In this document: positions 1 to 12,886 of the stretch, piece after piece
Layout of the letters: the number at the start of each line of letters is the position of its first letter
How positions within the stretch are numbered: position 1 is the first letter of the stretch
Assembly: GCA_002269645.1 (NCBI GenBank)
Contig: NIVC01001690.1
Location: forward strand, 134,537-198,536
DNA length: 64,000 nucleotides
Source of the DNA: Macrostomum lignano
Lineage: Eukaryota
Reading direction: 5' to 3'
Position numbers and translations under genes: made by a program
The notes under the pieces: generated by a model
What the model saw: only the letters and a program-made list of their open reading frames with translations
Told to the model about the DNA's origin: nothing
Databases searched by the model: none

Positions 1-1320
1 ATCTCCACTAAAGTGCATTAATTCCAGCAGCACATGTACACATCAGAATACAGGATCAAAAAGTGGAAACAAAATGCTACAAAATGACACCAAAAGCACC
101 AAGATTATTTGAAAAATAAAAATGTTATACAGATTTTACTGTGAAAAACATGATTTTTCCTCCAAAAACAGCACAGTTTCTAGTGTATTTGAGATACGAA
201 AAAGATGCATTTTTTCAGAAGAAAAACCTCAATAACTTTTTTATTACTGAACCGATTTTTAAAACCTTGGTGTCATTTCAATCAGAACATCCAGATCTAC
301 AAAATGGCATAGTTAAAAGTTAAGAATTCAAAAAAAAAATTTTCTCACTGGACCCCCTAGCATTATGGAATTTAGTGCTTTGCAAAATACAATTGATAGT
401 TTTTCTTCTATTCTCAAAATAATGAGGTGCCATAAATGGAATTTTAATCCTTAGACCACTATTGTTCTATTTTTATCTTTATAGGCCTATAGATCACGCA
501 GGTGCAACACTAAGCCAATCTAGCTATCTGGTAACTTGGTAAATGGCCTAGCCAAGGTAAGTTGCAAAAATGCCCATTTGATTAGTACTCTAAATTAAGA
601 ATGGAATACTAATTAGATTACAAGGTATTTACTCCTGCCATTTACCCAAATCATTGGTACCATTATTGGGGTTGTGGGAAGATCTAGCAATAAGATCATT
701 GTTTCCTCTTGTTTGTAGGCCTTAGGCCTATGCCATTTTGAATAATAAAGCAGAAGAAAAAAGAAAAAAGTAAAAAATAAACAAAAGTTCTGCTCTCTTG
801 CAAAAAATCATACAAAAATGCTCATTTTCTACTGTCAGTAGCTTAAAAAAACTTTAAATGCAAAAATGCCTATGCAGGACACTTTAGGCCTACACACAAA
901 CTGATTATTACATTGTATTTAGATATGAAATCTGTTAGAAACAGCTTTCAAAACTTTGTTGCTTCTTTTCTATAATGAAAAAAAAACTTTTTTTCAATTG
1001 CCTATAGACATATAGTGCATAAACTACAAGCTAAGAAACCACTCTGTGGGAATACCTTTTTTGGATGTGTCTATTGCAATCAAGACACTGCAAAGCCCTG
1101 TTTGAAACCAAACATGTTGAATCATTGCTGTCATTAGAAGGGTTTGAAAAAAAGAAAACAAAATTTCCACTAGCCAAATAAGGATGAATTTTTTCTTGCT
1201 GTTTTGTCTTAGAACACACTTCAATTGCTACTCTGCTTAAATCTAGTCTTTATTGATGTTTAAATAGGCTTAATTTGCTCTAAATTTCAATTTTCCAAAA
1301 CTAGTTTTTTAAGTTGCATC

Positions 1321-1499
1321 CAGTAGCGCAACCAGAAAATTTTTGAGAGGGGCAGATTCTAGAAGGTAAAGTCCTGAGAGAGAGGGCAGAGGCCGGAGGG
1401 GTAGCTCTGTTTTTGGCAAAAATTTGCTTGGTCCCCCCTTAGATTTTTTTGAGTCTTTGCTTTAGGCAAAGCAACTGTCCCCCCCTGCTTGCGCCACTG
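1321..1499. mobile_element. hAT-type MITE (179 bp)
   Basis: Termini CAGTAGCGCAACCAG (1321) and reverse complement CAGTGGCGCAAGCAG (ends 1499), 13/15 match. Exact 8-bp TSD GTTGCATC at 1313-1320 and 1500-1507. Confidence 0.85.
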
Positions 1500-3980
1500 G
1501 TTGCATCCTCACTTTGGTTTTTCTACCAAAAAGTAGCCAAGTGTCCATATAACATAACTTGGTATGTGTTGCATATAAAAAACTATTGTATGCCATTTTT
1601 TGTCTAGTTTGCAATGTATATTTTGCTTTTTTTCTACACTAGACACTATACCTTTGTTAGGCTATCAACAAATATTTTTAATAACACTAAGCCTAATATA
1701 AATAAGCATTTCATTTTTTAGGCTAGCACTATCTGAAAGACTGGTTGAAAACTTTTTTACTAATATTTTTATAACTTTTATTTAACAAATTTCTATGCCC
1801 AATATGTCATTTTTTGCTTTTTATCACTTTATTTATAATAAAAGTATATCTAGGCCCTAATAAAGCCAAGGATTAGCAGTTGGACAATATTGTATTTTAA
1901 GATTTTTGAGACTTGAGATCTACCACAAGCAAAAGCATAGTTTAGATCGTGTATTAATATATGCTAGGTCCTAGGTCTAGGCCTAACTAATAGGAGAGAA
2001 AGTCTTCTAAGACAAAAATTTTTTAACTATGTATGCCAAAGTTGTAGGCTTACTCTTGTTTTTTATTCTAGAATTCATTATTCATATAAAGTAGCCTAAC
2101 AAACAAAAATTATATAATTTTGCAATATGGATTGAGAAAAGACAATTATAAAAGAAGTACTTTAAAAATTTTAACTGGCTAAAAATAAGAAAAAATAAGG
2201 TTAAGGCACAAAGTTTAAAATATAAAAAGTTTAAAAAGCTTTTTGTTATTCTTTGCTTATTCTATATTGATGGTGTTGCATATAGGCCCTTAATATATTT
2301 TATATTAAGTCACTATTTGATTTTAATGTACACTATAATTTGGAAAGTGACATATATTGGAGATTTCCTGGCATATAATAAGGGTAGGCTATTTACCAAA
2401 ATTTTTCTATATATATCAACATAAATCCTTGCATATATGACATAGTAGAAACTTTTGGCTTAGATAGACCTATGGCATATGTCCTAGGGCTAATGCCTAT
2501 CCTTTGAGATGATCTTACTACTGGCATTAGCTGTGGTAGAGCTGTTTCTTCTTTCCTTATAATTTCCTAAAAAGTTGCCAAGCTATAATGATTTTATAAT
2601 ACTTGTACTTTTTTAGATATTAGTATTGCTGGTAGTATATATACTTATCAACTACTAGTAGCATATATACATATACTGTACTTCTAGCCTAAGTGGTCTT
2701 ATGGCATTGTCTATTCTATCCCTATACTCTTCTAAAGATTTTTATTCTCTTAGTCCTGGGTGTTCTTGGAATCAGAGGGTCATAGCTTACTTGCTGGGTA
2801 TTCTACCCTGCAGTAGGTTTCTTAGACTCTGAGTCTGGACTATTCTACCCTGTGGTAGGATTTTTGCCTTCTAAGGAAATTTCTCATATTCTAAATCTAG
2901 ATATCTCATTATCTAAGAACAGATTGAATTCTCCTAATCTTGGGGCTATTCCTAAGTCACTATCTACAACTAAAAATAAGTAACACAAGAGCAAATACAA
3001 GCCCTAAGGCTGATTGACTTTTGTTTCCAAATAGAATGCCTGGAGCACATGAAGTAAAAGGCTTTGAAAAGCTGAGCAAGAAGTGGAAATAAAAATGAGT
3101 TTATTCTCTTGGCTTTAAACTGGCTTATTTTTATAGTAAAAATTTTGCATTAATATAACAACAGTAGTATTTTAAAATGAAATTCTCTAAGAAACTTTAT
3201 AATAAAAATTGAGGCTTATTTATACATATTTGCATATATGTTAGGATCAAATACAGTAACTTTACATAAAATATATTATATACAACCCATAGTTTGGATT
3301 GTGTATTAGTGTATAGCAGGTTTAATGCCAGAAAAATGACAAGACCTTGTTTGTATGCTGGGTTTGTGCACCAATACAAACAAACAATACAATACACAAT
3401 GTATCCACTGTGTCATGTATGCTGGGAAGCCTGGATGGGATATACCCTGATATATGCTGAAAAATGGTAAGACCCTTGTTATATGCCTGGTATACAACAC
3501 AATCAATATGGATTCACAGAACAAAGAAAAAAATTAATTAAAAAGCAATTTAAACATTGTACCTTAAAAAACATATATTTCTCAATTTTTTAATTTCTAT
3601 CTCAATCTCAGTTTTTCAATAAAAGTATTTAAAGTACTTCCTTTATAATTGTCTCTTCTCAGTGCATGTTGAAAAATGGTAAATTTTTTAAGTTTGTTAC
3701 TCTGCATTATTAATAAATTCAAGAATGAAAAAGTGTACAACTTTGGTTTACAAAGTTAAAAACATTTTTAGGCCCTGGTATACAAATGTGGTCATGTACT
3801 TTTTCTTTCACTGCACTGCACCCAATGTACACTAATACACAATCCAAACTATGGCATGTATGCTGATATGCCATAAAAATAGGCCAAAAAATCTAGCTTT
3901 GAATCGGTTTATGGGCAAATTATTATTATTATTATTAAAATACTCAGCCAAGCCATCCAAAAATCCCCTTTGCAGCTGGC

Positions 3981-6311
3981 ATGGCTCACTCCAAAGGCAC
4001 CAACACTTACAATCGACAGAACTGGGAGGATGCGGAGTTTCCCATCCTGTGCCAGACTTGTCTGGGAGAAAATCCCTACTTAAGAATGATGAAGGAGCGC
4101 TATGGTAAAGAGTGCAAGATTTGCACCAGGCCATTCACCGTGTTCCGCTGGTGTCCCGGGCCAAAGTCGCGGTTTAAAAAGACAGAAGTCTGTCAGACCT
4201 GCGCTAAGATTAAAAATGTCTGCCAGACCTGCATTCTGGACCTGCAGTATGGACTGCCAGTTGAGGTTCGGGATAAAGCGCTTAAGATTAACGAGAAACT
4301 GCCTAAATCCGATGTGGGGCGCGAGTATTATATGCAGCAGGTTGAACGAGTGCTGGCTGACGACCCAACTGTGCCATGGCAGGTGAGAACTGTGTACATT
4401 GCACTGTATTTTAATTTATTCATAAATTATGCAATGAGTGCAATGCTTGTTTTTGATGCTATCACGTCATTTAACCAGTCGTATACTCACCAATCTAGGC
4501 AGTCACACCCTCCTTCACTTGCTCATAGTTATTCACACCCTCCTTCACTTGCTCATAGTTATTCACACCCTCCTTCACTTGCTCATAGTTATTCACACCC
4601 TCCTTCACTTGCTCATAGTTATTCACACTCTCCTTCACTTGCTCATAGTTATTCACACCCTCCTTCACTTTCTCATAGTTATTCACATCGATACTCCCTC
4701 ACTTACTCAATCACTCACTCAGTCACTCAATCGCTTACTTAATCACTCATCACTCACTCACTCACTGACACTCACTTACTCAATCACTCAATCACTTACT
4801 CAATCACTTACTTAATCACTCACTCACACACTCACTCCATCACTCACTCACTCACTCAATCACTCAATCACTCAATCACTCACTCACTCAATCACTCAAT
4901 CACTCAATCACTCAATCAGTCACTCACTCACTCAATCACTCACTCAATCACTTAATCACTCACTCAATCACTCACTCAATCACTTAATCACTCACTCAAT
5001 CAGTCACTCACTTACTCACTTACTTTATCACTCATTCAATTACTCACTTACTCGCTCACTCACTTACTCAATTACTCACTCACCCACACCGTGTAAAGCA
5101 ATTTATTATTTATTAAAAATAAAAACAAATATACTCCAAAAAGATACATAACAACCTGAACACAGAACCAGGCTCTGACTGCCGGCGCTCTGACGGCCGG
5201 CGGCGGGGGTGGCGGCAGCGGCGTTGGTGGCAGCGGCGCGCTGGCAGCCCTAGCAGGCGGCAGCGGCGGCGGCGGTAAGGCTCCGGCGCCATCCTCGGAG
5301 ATGCTGCACCGGCTGGCCAGAACTACGCCATATTATAAGCGGAACCGGCCGCATATTTGCAGCTTCTACGTTAAAGGCGAATGCAGACGCGGCGAGGAGT
5401 GTCCGTATAGGTGAGCGGTTGGATTGTACCCCTGTGCCACTGACCTGTGCCCCTGTGCCACTCACATGTGCCCCTGTGCTACTCACCTGTGCGCCCTGTG
5501 CTACTCACCTGTGCCCCTGTGCTACTCACCTGTGCCCCTGTGCCACTCACATGTGCTCCTGTGCTACTCACCTGTTCCCCTGTGCTACTCACCTGTGCCC
5601 CTGTGCCACTCACCTGTGCCCCTGTGCTACTCACCTGTTTTCCTGTGCTACTCACATGTGCCCCTGTGCTACTCACCTGTGCACCTGTGCTACTCACCTG
5701 TGCCCCCTGTGCTACCTACCTGTTCCCCTGTGCTACTCACCTGTGCACCTGTGCTACTCACCTGTGCCCCTGTGCTACTCACCTGTGCCCCCTATGCTAC
5801 TCACCTGTGCCCCCTATGCTACTCATCTGTGCCCCCAATGCTACCCACCTGTTCCCCTGTGCTACTCACCTGTGCCCATTCACTAAAAGTTCCATTCACC
5901 AGGTAACGAACGACATGAGTGTTGAAAAACTGAAAAGCTTTCACCTGTCCATCCCACAGGCACGAGCGCCCAACAGATCCCGACGACCCGCTGTCCGAGC
6001 AGAACATCCGCGATCGCTACCACGGCACAAACGATCCCGTGGCTAACAAGCTCATGACTAAATACGCCACTATTCAACAGCAGCGAGAGGAGGCCGCGCT
6101 GGCCGCTCTGGAGGCTGGACCGTCGTCGGAGTCATCGTCCGCGGCTGCGGCTTCGACTTCGAAAGCTTCAGCATCGGGTAGTGCGGCTTCAACTGAGCCA
6201 CTACCGCCAGGTGTTCCCAGCCTGCTGCCAGGGCTGTCATCGAGCGGCGGTGGCAGCAGCAGCTACCCCAGCCAGGACCCGGCCAGAATGGGCGGCTTCG
6301 CCAAGCGATGA
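3981..6311 (+). CDS. RBM22: RBM22/Cwc2/Slt11-family pre-mRNA splicing factor, 3 exons (3981-4382, 5172-5410 [alternative acceptor 5166], 5960-6311), ~330 aa, no RRM
   Basis: N-terminal zinc-binding region ([27 protein letters not shown]...[14 protein letters not shown]), CCCH finger ([34 protein letters not shown]) and family C-terminal motif [14 protein letters not shown] introns in phases 0 and 2 give one open frame. Confidence 0.93.
4501..4685. repeat. 30-bp minisatellite (~6 units) in RBM22 intron 1
   Basis: Unit CACACCCTCCTTCACTTGCTCATAGTTATT. Confidence 0.9.
4690..5090. repeat. (CACT/TCAA)n degenerate microsatellite, RBM22 intron 1
   Basis: Runs of TCACTCAC and TCAATCAC. Confidence 0.85.
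5428..5878. repeat. 21-bp minisatellite (~21 units) filling RBM22 intron 2
   Basis: Unit TGTGCTACTCACCTGTGCCCC. It produces the spurious [14 protein letters not shown] ORFs. Confidence 0.92.
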
Positions 6312-9274
6312 TTTATTTATAGACACCTGCTTTGCTGCCCGACTAAGGGTTGCTGTGTGCTGACACGTTTAATTGGGGGAGCGGAGTGTCTGTCTGTCTG
6401 TTTACGCTCGTACTTACCCATTGTTTATCTATCTACGTAGTCAAAATGAGACTTTGCGAATTTGAACTTTGGGGATTTGTGAAGTCACCCGCTGAGCTCA
6501 CAGAATCACAGAAAGGACCTTTAAGTTAAGAGGACGTTCATTGGAAGTTCAAATAGACAAGAAATCACAAATACTTTTCCAAAGCCATCGAAATACTTGG
6601 CTTTTCGATGGCAATACATCTTGGCTGAATTAAAATCAGGTCTTCAGAATTTTTTTCCTTTGTTTTACGCTCAGCAGTCTCTGTCAACAGTCTCTGTCAG
6701 GTAAAGCTCCATCCGTGTTGTTATTTGGTTTTTTTCGCTAATATTGAATAAAGCTTCATTAATGTGCTCTTTTATTGTGACGCGTTTGTTATTACGCAAA
6801 ATTTTCAATTTATTCTAGACCTCTACTATACTAATAATTAACATCTATGTAAAAATTGTCAATAAATGTTATTCAATACACAGCTAGTAGTGTCTTATGG
6901 CCCTAGTTGATCCACAAGCTTAAAATAAAAAACTGAATTTATTTGCACGATTAAAATATGCAGCGTCCTATAACTTGTGTAGTCCTTGTTTAAAAGTCGT
7001 AATATAATCCATGTAAAGATGTGTCGATTGGCGTCACGTGCAAAATAAAAAACAATGCGGTTTTCACTTTCCTTAATGAAACCATATGAGTATGACTTAT
7101 ATGTCAAAACAGTATTACGTCCATGACTTGCACGCTTATTTTTTATTTGAGAATCCACTAGTTCGTACATGCTGTATATATTGATATGCATAAATATTTA
7201 TATAGATAAGTCTTAGGGACTATAGATATAATTTATAACTGTTGATTGCCTTCAATTTTCAGCATAGTACAGTTTGATCAAGCCCGTTTTAGAATTTAAT
7301 ATGAATTCATAATTCATATGAAATGAAACGGTCCTAAGAATTTTTAAACAATCAAAATTTAGGTACCGATTATAACATTTTTCTACTTAAGTAAAAACCG
7401 TACAATACTTTCATTTTTACCACAACTTCATTTGAATATAAAAATGCATGCACCAGCATTAATATAAATAGTTATATTGATTGGACAGGCGTCATATTGA
7501 GGATTTAAATTTGAAACAAATCTTTTTACTCATCATCGAAGCAGCCCTAGTATAATAATCAGTCTGCACTGCGCTCTACGTGAACGTGTACGGTGTACAT
7601 ATGTATCTGTCGTATGCGTAGTTGGCATGGCGCAAGTCGCAGTGTTGATAGTCAATCAATGGTGGTCTTTCATAAGTTCTGTACATTTACCCCTCTAGTG
7701 TCATTTCCTAACCTATTTAGGCTAGGCTTACCTTACCTCATACTATACTAGGCCTACTAAATGTTATCGAGTTGATTGTTGTTCTAACTGGAACCCTAGG
7801 CCTAACATAGTTATCATAGAAATTTTATTCTTCGGTTTGGTTGATTCTGGTTTCTTTTATCAAATTGAGACCTACCCGATGTCTGTGTGGCCCGATGTGG
7901 ATTTTGAAATAAAACATTGAACAAAATACAAATACTATGACATCTTTTGTCTGATAAACTATGTCACCTTTTCACTCATTTTAATGGGATTTTAAAACGA
8001 AACTGAGTATATAACATAGGGAATTGCTGGACGAAAGAATGCCATAATTGTGGGTATAAGATTAGGAATAAGCCTAGCGTATAATATTTGTCAATTGTCA
8101 TAATACTAGTACTTTTGTAAGTAACTATACCCATAGCATAGTATACTCTTAAGTCTATTGTATTGTGTAGTTAGGCCTACTAGGCCTAGGCCTAATATTT
8201 TATAATATTATAAGCCTTACCTAGGACAGGACAGGACAGGTAACTACTAATAACTTTTTATTTTGTTTCTTGCCCTTAGCTAAAAATCTGATCTTTTTAA
8301 ATCAAAGTTTGAGACAAGCAAGATATATATAGGCCTATATGGTTTAGTTAATAGGGCCTATTGTATGCACTACATAGTTGTAGACATAGATTAGATATAA
8401 CCCCACATTGCAAGTACCTAACTAGAAATATATAAAAAATATTTTATAATAATATTACTTATAATAAATTTGTATACTCTATACATAAGCCCTAAATTAT
8501 ATATATCTTATGTATCAGTATCTAAATGTATTCTTCAAGTGCATATTTAGCATCTTTTTACCTAGGCCTAGGGACCTATTTATGTGTGACACCTGGCAAG
8601 CTTAGCGGTTTTAGTTAGGCCCTAGGTGACAGGGTAGCTAAGGAGTATATTTCAAAATTAGCCTAATCAACAATGAACTAAAAATTTAAACAGGGATGCT
8701 TAAGATAAAAAATAGAAAATTAAAAAATTGATATAAAAGAAAAAACACAAATGGTCAAAAAAGAAAAAATAGAATAAGAAATAAGCTATAGTTCTGGAGC
8801 GCTACATACCAGTCACCATTTTTTTCTCTCCCTTTGCTCTGATTGGCCATCCCCTAAGCTTCTACAAACTTGTATATAGTTAACTGTCATTATGTGACTC
8901 TATTTTGGTATTCTCTTAGCCCCTGCTTGTGTCATTATTAAATAGGCTACTTGCTTGTTAAAATAAACCTTGAGTTTCTTTATGCCAACTTTATGGCATA
9001 ACAAAAGCATTAATTAGTTAAAACAAACAAGGATAAGCCTTAAAAACAAAATGTGTCAAATTTATATTAAAAAAGTACAAATGCACAATAGTTACTAGTA
9101 AGATAATAATCACACATAGAATGAAAATGAATATAGTAAAAACAAATTTGACAGGAATTTGAATTAAGCTTTCTAAGAAAACTATCTACCATTTGTTATT
9201 TATTAAGTCATCCAAAATCATAAAATGCAACAAGGAGATATTGTTTTGTATATGATTAATAAATTGCATAGTTC

Positions 9275-10143
9275 CAGTGTTGGGCACTAGTCCATTAATA
9301 AGCGTTAATCTGTTAATAAGTGTTAATAAGCATTAATATTTTTCATTAACATTAACGGACTGTCGTTAAGATTTTTTTGAACTAACAAATTAACGAATTT
9401 GTGTTAAAAATTTTGTGAATTAACAATAAATTCATCGTTAACGGTAGTGTCTATGTCAATGACCAAAGACGCAAAGAAGGAACGAAAAATGTAAGTCTTA
9501 CAAGAAGTTTAAACATTACAAATGTATTTGAGCTTACCTATATGCCTAAATTTAATCTCTTTATTTATGACGATGATCATACAGATGTATATGTAATTAA
9601 CAACTTCTTACAAATAAACTTTAAAATAATGAATTAAAATAGTGTGAAACTTTATTTCTTGCGCATGAGCATCGATCGCTTTGATTCACTTCTGTCCCAA
9701 TCTTTCGCAACTTTCTGTTGCGCCTGCTAATAGTACTGAAACAACCTTCCTATGTGTATTTAATTATGAATTTCTCATTATTAGCTTTTAAGTTTCAAAT
9801 AAAAAAGTTACTTTTTTACCATATGCTTTACTTTTAGTAGTATTATGCATGCAAGTTTTTTAAAATGATTATTTATTACTTTTTTAGCTTTCAAATTGCT
9901 TAGATGACCTGTGTTTCGCTAAAAAGATGGAATAGCAAAGACGTACATTACAAAGTCTGTTTTGGAAAAAATGTGCAAGATTTCCATATTTTCTGTGTTA
10001 ACTTTAACAGAATAATGCTTATTAACGATTATCAGTTAACTTAACAAAATTAGGAGTTAAAAAGTTAAGATTTTTTTTGTTTTAACGCAAATGCTTTTGC
10101 TATTAACGAAAGTTAAGATTTTCATTAACGGTGCCCAACACTG
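9275..10143. mobile_element. hAT-type non-autonomous DNA transposon (869 bp)
   Basis: Perfect 13-bp TIR CAGTGTTGGGCAC / GTGCCCAACACTG. Exact 8-bp TSD CATAGTTC at 9267-9274 and 10144-10151. Many subterminal TTAAC/GTTAA motifs. Confidence 0.9.
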
Positions 10144-10448
10144 CATAGTTCCATTAGACATTCCAAATTATAAGAATTCTATCCTAGAAAGCAAGAAAAA
10201 AATAATTTTCATTCAGAAGTCATATGCAGCAATGCTGCATTCTTGTCAAAGAACTAAGTTCCACCTAATGAATAAAACTGAAAAAAGTTGTGTATGTAAT
10301 CTATTTTGACTTTACTTTGAAAGGCTGTTCAATTCAATGTGTTCAATCTATTTGTTGAATTAACTCTAAATTAAGTTTATTCAATACTTTTTCTATAGCC
10401 TATGATCCTTAAAGGCAAACTTATTTATTACTCAGCTATTTCTTCCAG

Positions 10449-12787
10449 ATGTCAAAAATTTGGGATTTTATTTCTGGACCAAGGCTCTATCGCTACTTGG
10501 ACTCAAGTAGCCAAGTAAGTACATTTAAGATTCAAATCAAATCAGATGTTGCATAGACTAATCTGATGTCATTTTTTTATTTTTTTATTTTAGAGCCAGC
10601 CATATGAAGCAAACATCTTTGAAGCCATTCCTGATTATATTTTTGGAACAGTAAGTTTTATCCTTGCTTTATTTGGTATCTAGTCTAGATAGAGTAAGTT
10701 GCCATAAATGAGACCATTTCAATTGCCACACTGTTTTAGACACGATTTTGCATTGGCTTGGCCCAATGGGGCTGGCCAATGGCTTTGCCGTACATGCTGA
10801 AACAGGCGCTCTACTCCTCAGGTTTGTTAATTTGTTCATCTGATTGCTGTGATTGTCCACATTATACTGTCTTCTAATGTAGGCTGAAATTTGCTTACTA
10901 TACTACTAAGTAGTTAGCCTGTTAACCAACTACACTTGAAAGTTGTCTCATATTACAATTGAGTATTCCACTGTAGTATTGCACCCAGATCCTCAGTTGC
11001 TAGGCCAGCCTCCCAGATCCTCAGTTGCTGGGCCAGCCTACTAGATCCTCAGTTGCTGGGCCAGCCTCCCAGATCCTCAGTTGCTGGGCCAGCCTACCAG
11101 ATCCTCAGTGGATCCATTCTATCAATAAAACAACGCTGCCCTACCACCGCAGCGGACCAGCTGTCACTCCGCTGCCAGTCGGCTCTGTCCTACTCCATCG
11201 GTGCCGTCTGCCTCCTGCTGTGCGCCGCCTGCTGCCGCACCCTGGGCCGCAGCCTCAATCCCACCTATTCGGCTTTTACGCAATCGTTGCGCAAGGCTCG
11301 ACGCGGCTTCACAGCCGAGGACAAAGAATCTCTGTCCAAGTACGACTTCGACTTCTGGGCTTGGCCAGTTGAGTTCAAAGCGACTCAAACTCAGCCTCTT
11401 CAGCCTGCTTCTGGGCCAGCCGAACCGGTGCCTCATCCGTTGGATTGGTTGCTAGGGCCGGCCAGTCGGTTGCTAGTGCAAACAATCGGAATCAGAATGA
11501 CTTATCCCGGCTGCACTGCGCTGATGAACGCGGTGGTTCGACCGATGCTGCAGCAGACCAGGGCCAGATTGCAGGTTGGTTTGTGAACTTTCCAAGAATT
11601 GATGATCACTAATTTGAATCTCTTCCTTTCTTAGAATAGCTGTTTCTTCGAAAATTATTTTTTAAAATTTATTTTAGCTAAATTTGTCTTTTTTAAATAG
11701 TTTCTTTCTCTATAAATGTTCTCTTGCAGAAATTTTTCCTACTTAAAGTAGTTTAGCTTTAAAAAAACATTTTTGTCAAAAGTTATTTACTAGAAATTTT
11801 GCTTTTTCGATAAGGTTGTTAGCAGAAACGCCTGACTTTCTTAAAAAAAATTATTTCCAGAATTTGTAATTCTTTCAATTTTGCTTCTTTAAGTTTTGTG
11901 TATATTGGTTTTAGTGCAAGAAATTGTGTCCCAAAATACTTAAATCTTGAAAAAGTTTGTTTTTTGATATCGTTTTTTTAAAGACAAGATAAGGCTTATT
12001 TTATTGGCTCTTACCCCAAGCCTAAACCCTCAAACTCCACACAGAACCTCTGCCCCCCGCCCCGCCACCCAATTTTTATTGCCTTCCTCGGTTGTTCCAG
12101 CCTAAATCTGCCTTGTACATTCAGTGGCTAATGTACATTACTGCTGAACCAATTAGCAAGCTGTTTACGCCTGCAAGCTTGTTGGGCTTCAAAACTTATC
12201 AAAGTCAGTTCAGCCGCCTTTATTCTAAAATAGCTTATGTATTCTTCACTGCTACTGAACTGAAAGTAGACAGCAGTTTTACTAAGTACGTACGAGTACG
12301 AAGGAATTCACAAATTGTTTTTAGGGTAATTTGAATCTCAAAATATAACTTCTTTCGTTTCTTAGATTACTTTATGATTCTTAGAATAAATAATTTATTA
12401 TTACAAATTGTTACCCAAAATGACCCATTTCTTTAAACGTATTGCTTATTTGACTTCTTCTGTTAAGTCTTACCTTTAATATTTGTTTTTTTGTACAATA
12501 GACTCAGCACAGCATCCAGCGTTTTAAGCTGCTGACGCCGTCCGGTTTTGAGGTCGAAGCATTCTTTGCGGACAGGCGCTCCGGCGGTGACGGCCGCGGC
12601 AACGGGGAAATTCTCATTGTCTGCTGCGAGGGCAACGCCGGCTACCCGGAGATCGGCTGCACCGGGGTGCCGCTGGAGAAGGGCCACTCTGTGATCGGCT
12701 GGAATCACCCAGGCTTCGCTGGCAGCACCGTGAGTCTCTGGGCCTGCTGTGTGTCTGTCTGTCTGTCTGTGTCTGTCTGTGTCTGTC

Positions 12788-12852
<65 letters not shown>

Positions 12853-12854
12853 TG

Positions 12855-12886
<32 letters not shown>

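Noticed and set aside
6820-7550. Helitron (TCTACTATACTAATAA start, CTAG|T end)
   Set aside because: No A|T insertion junction at the 5' end and no GC-rich hairpin before the CTAG.
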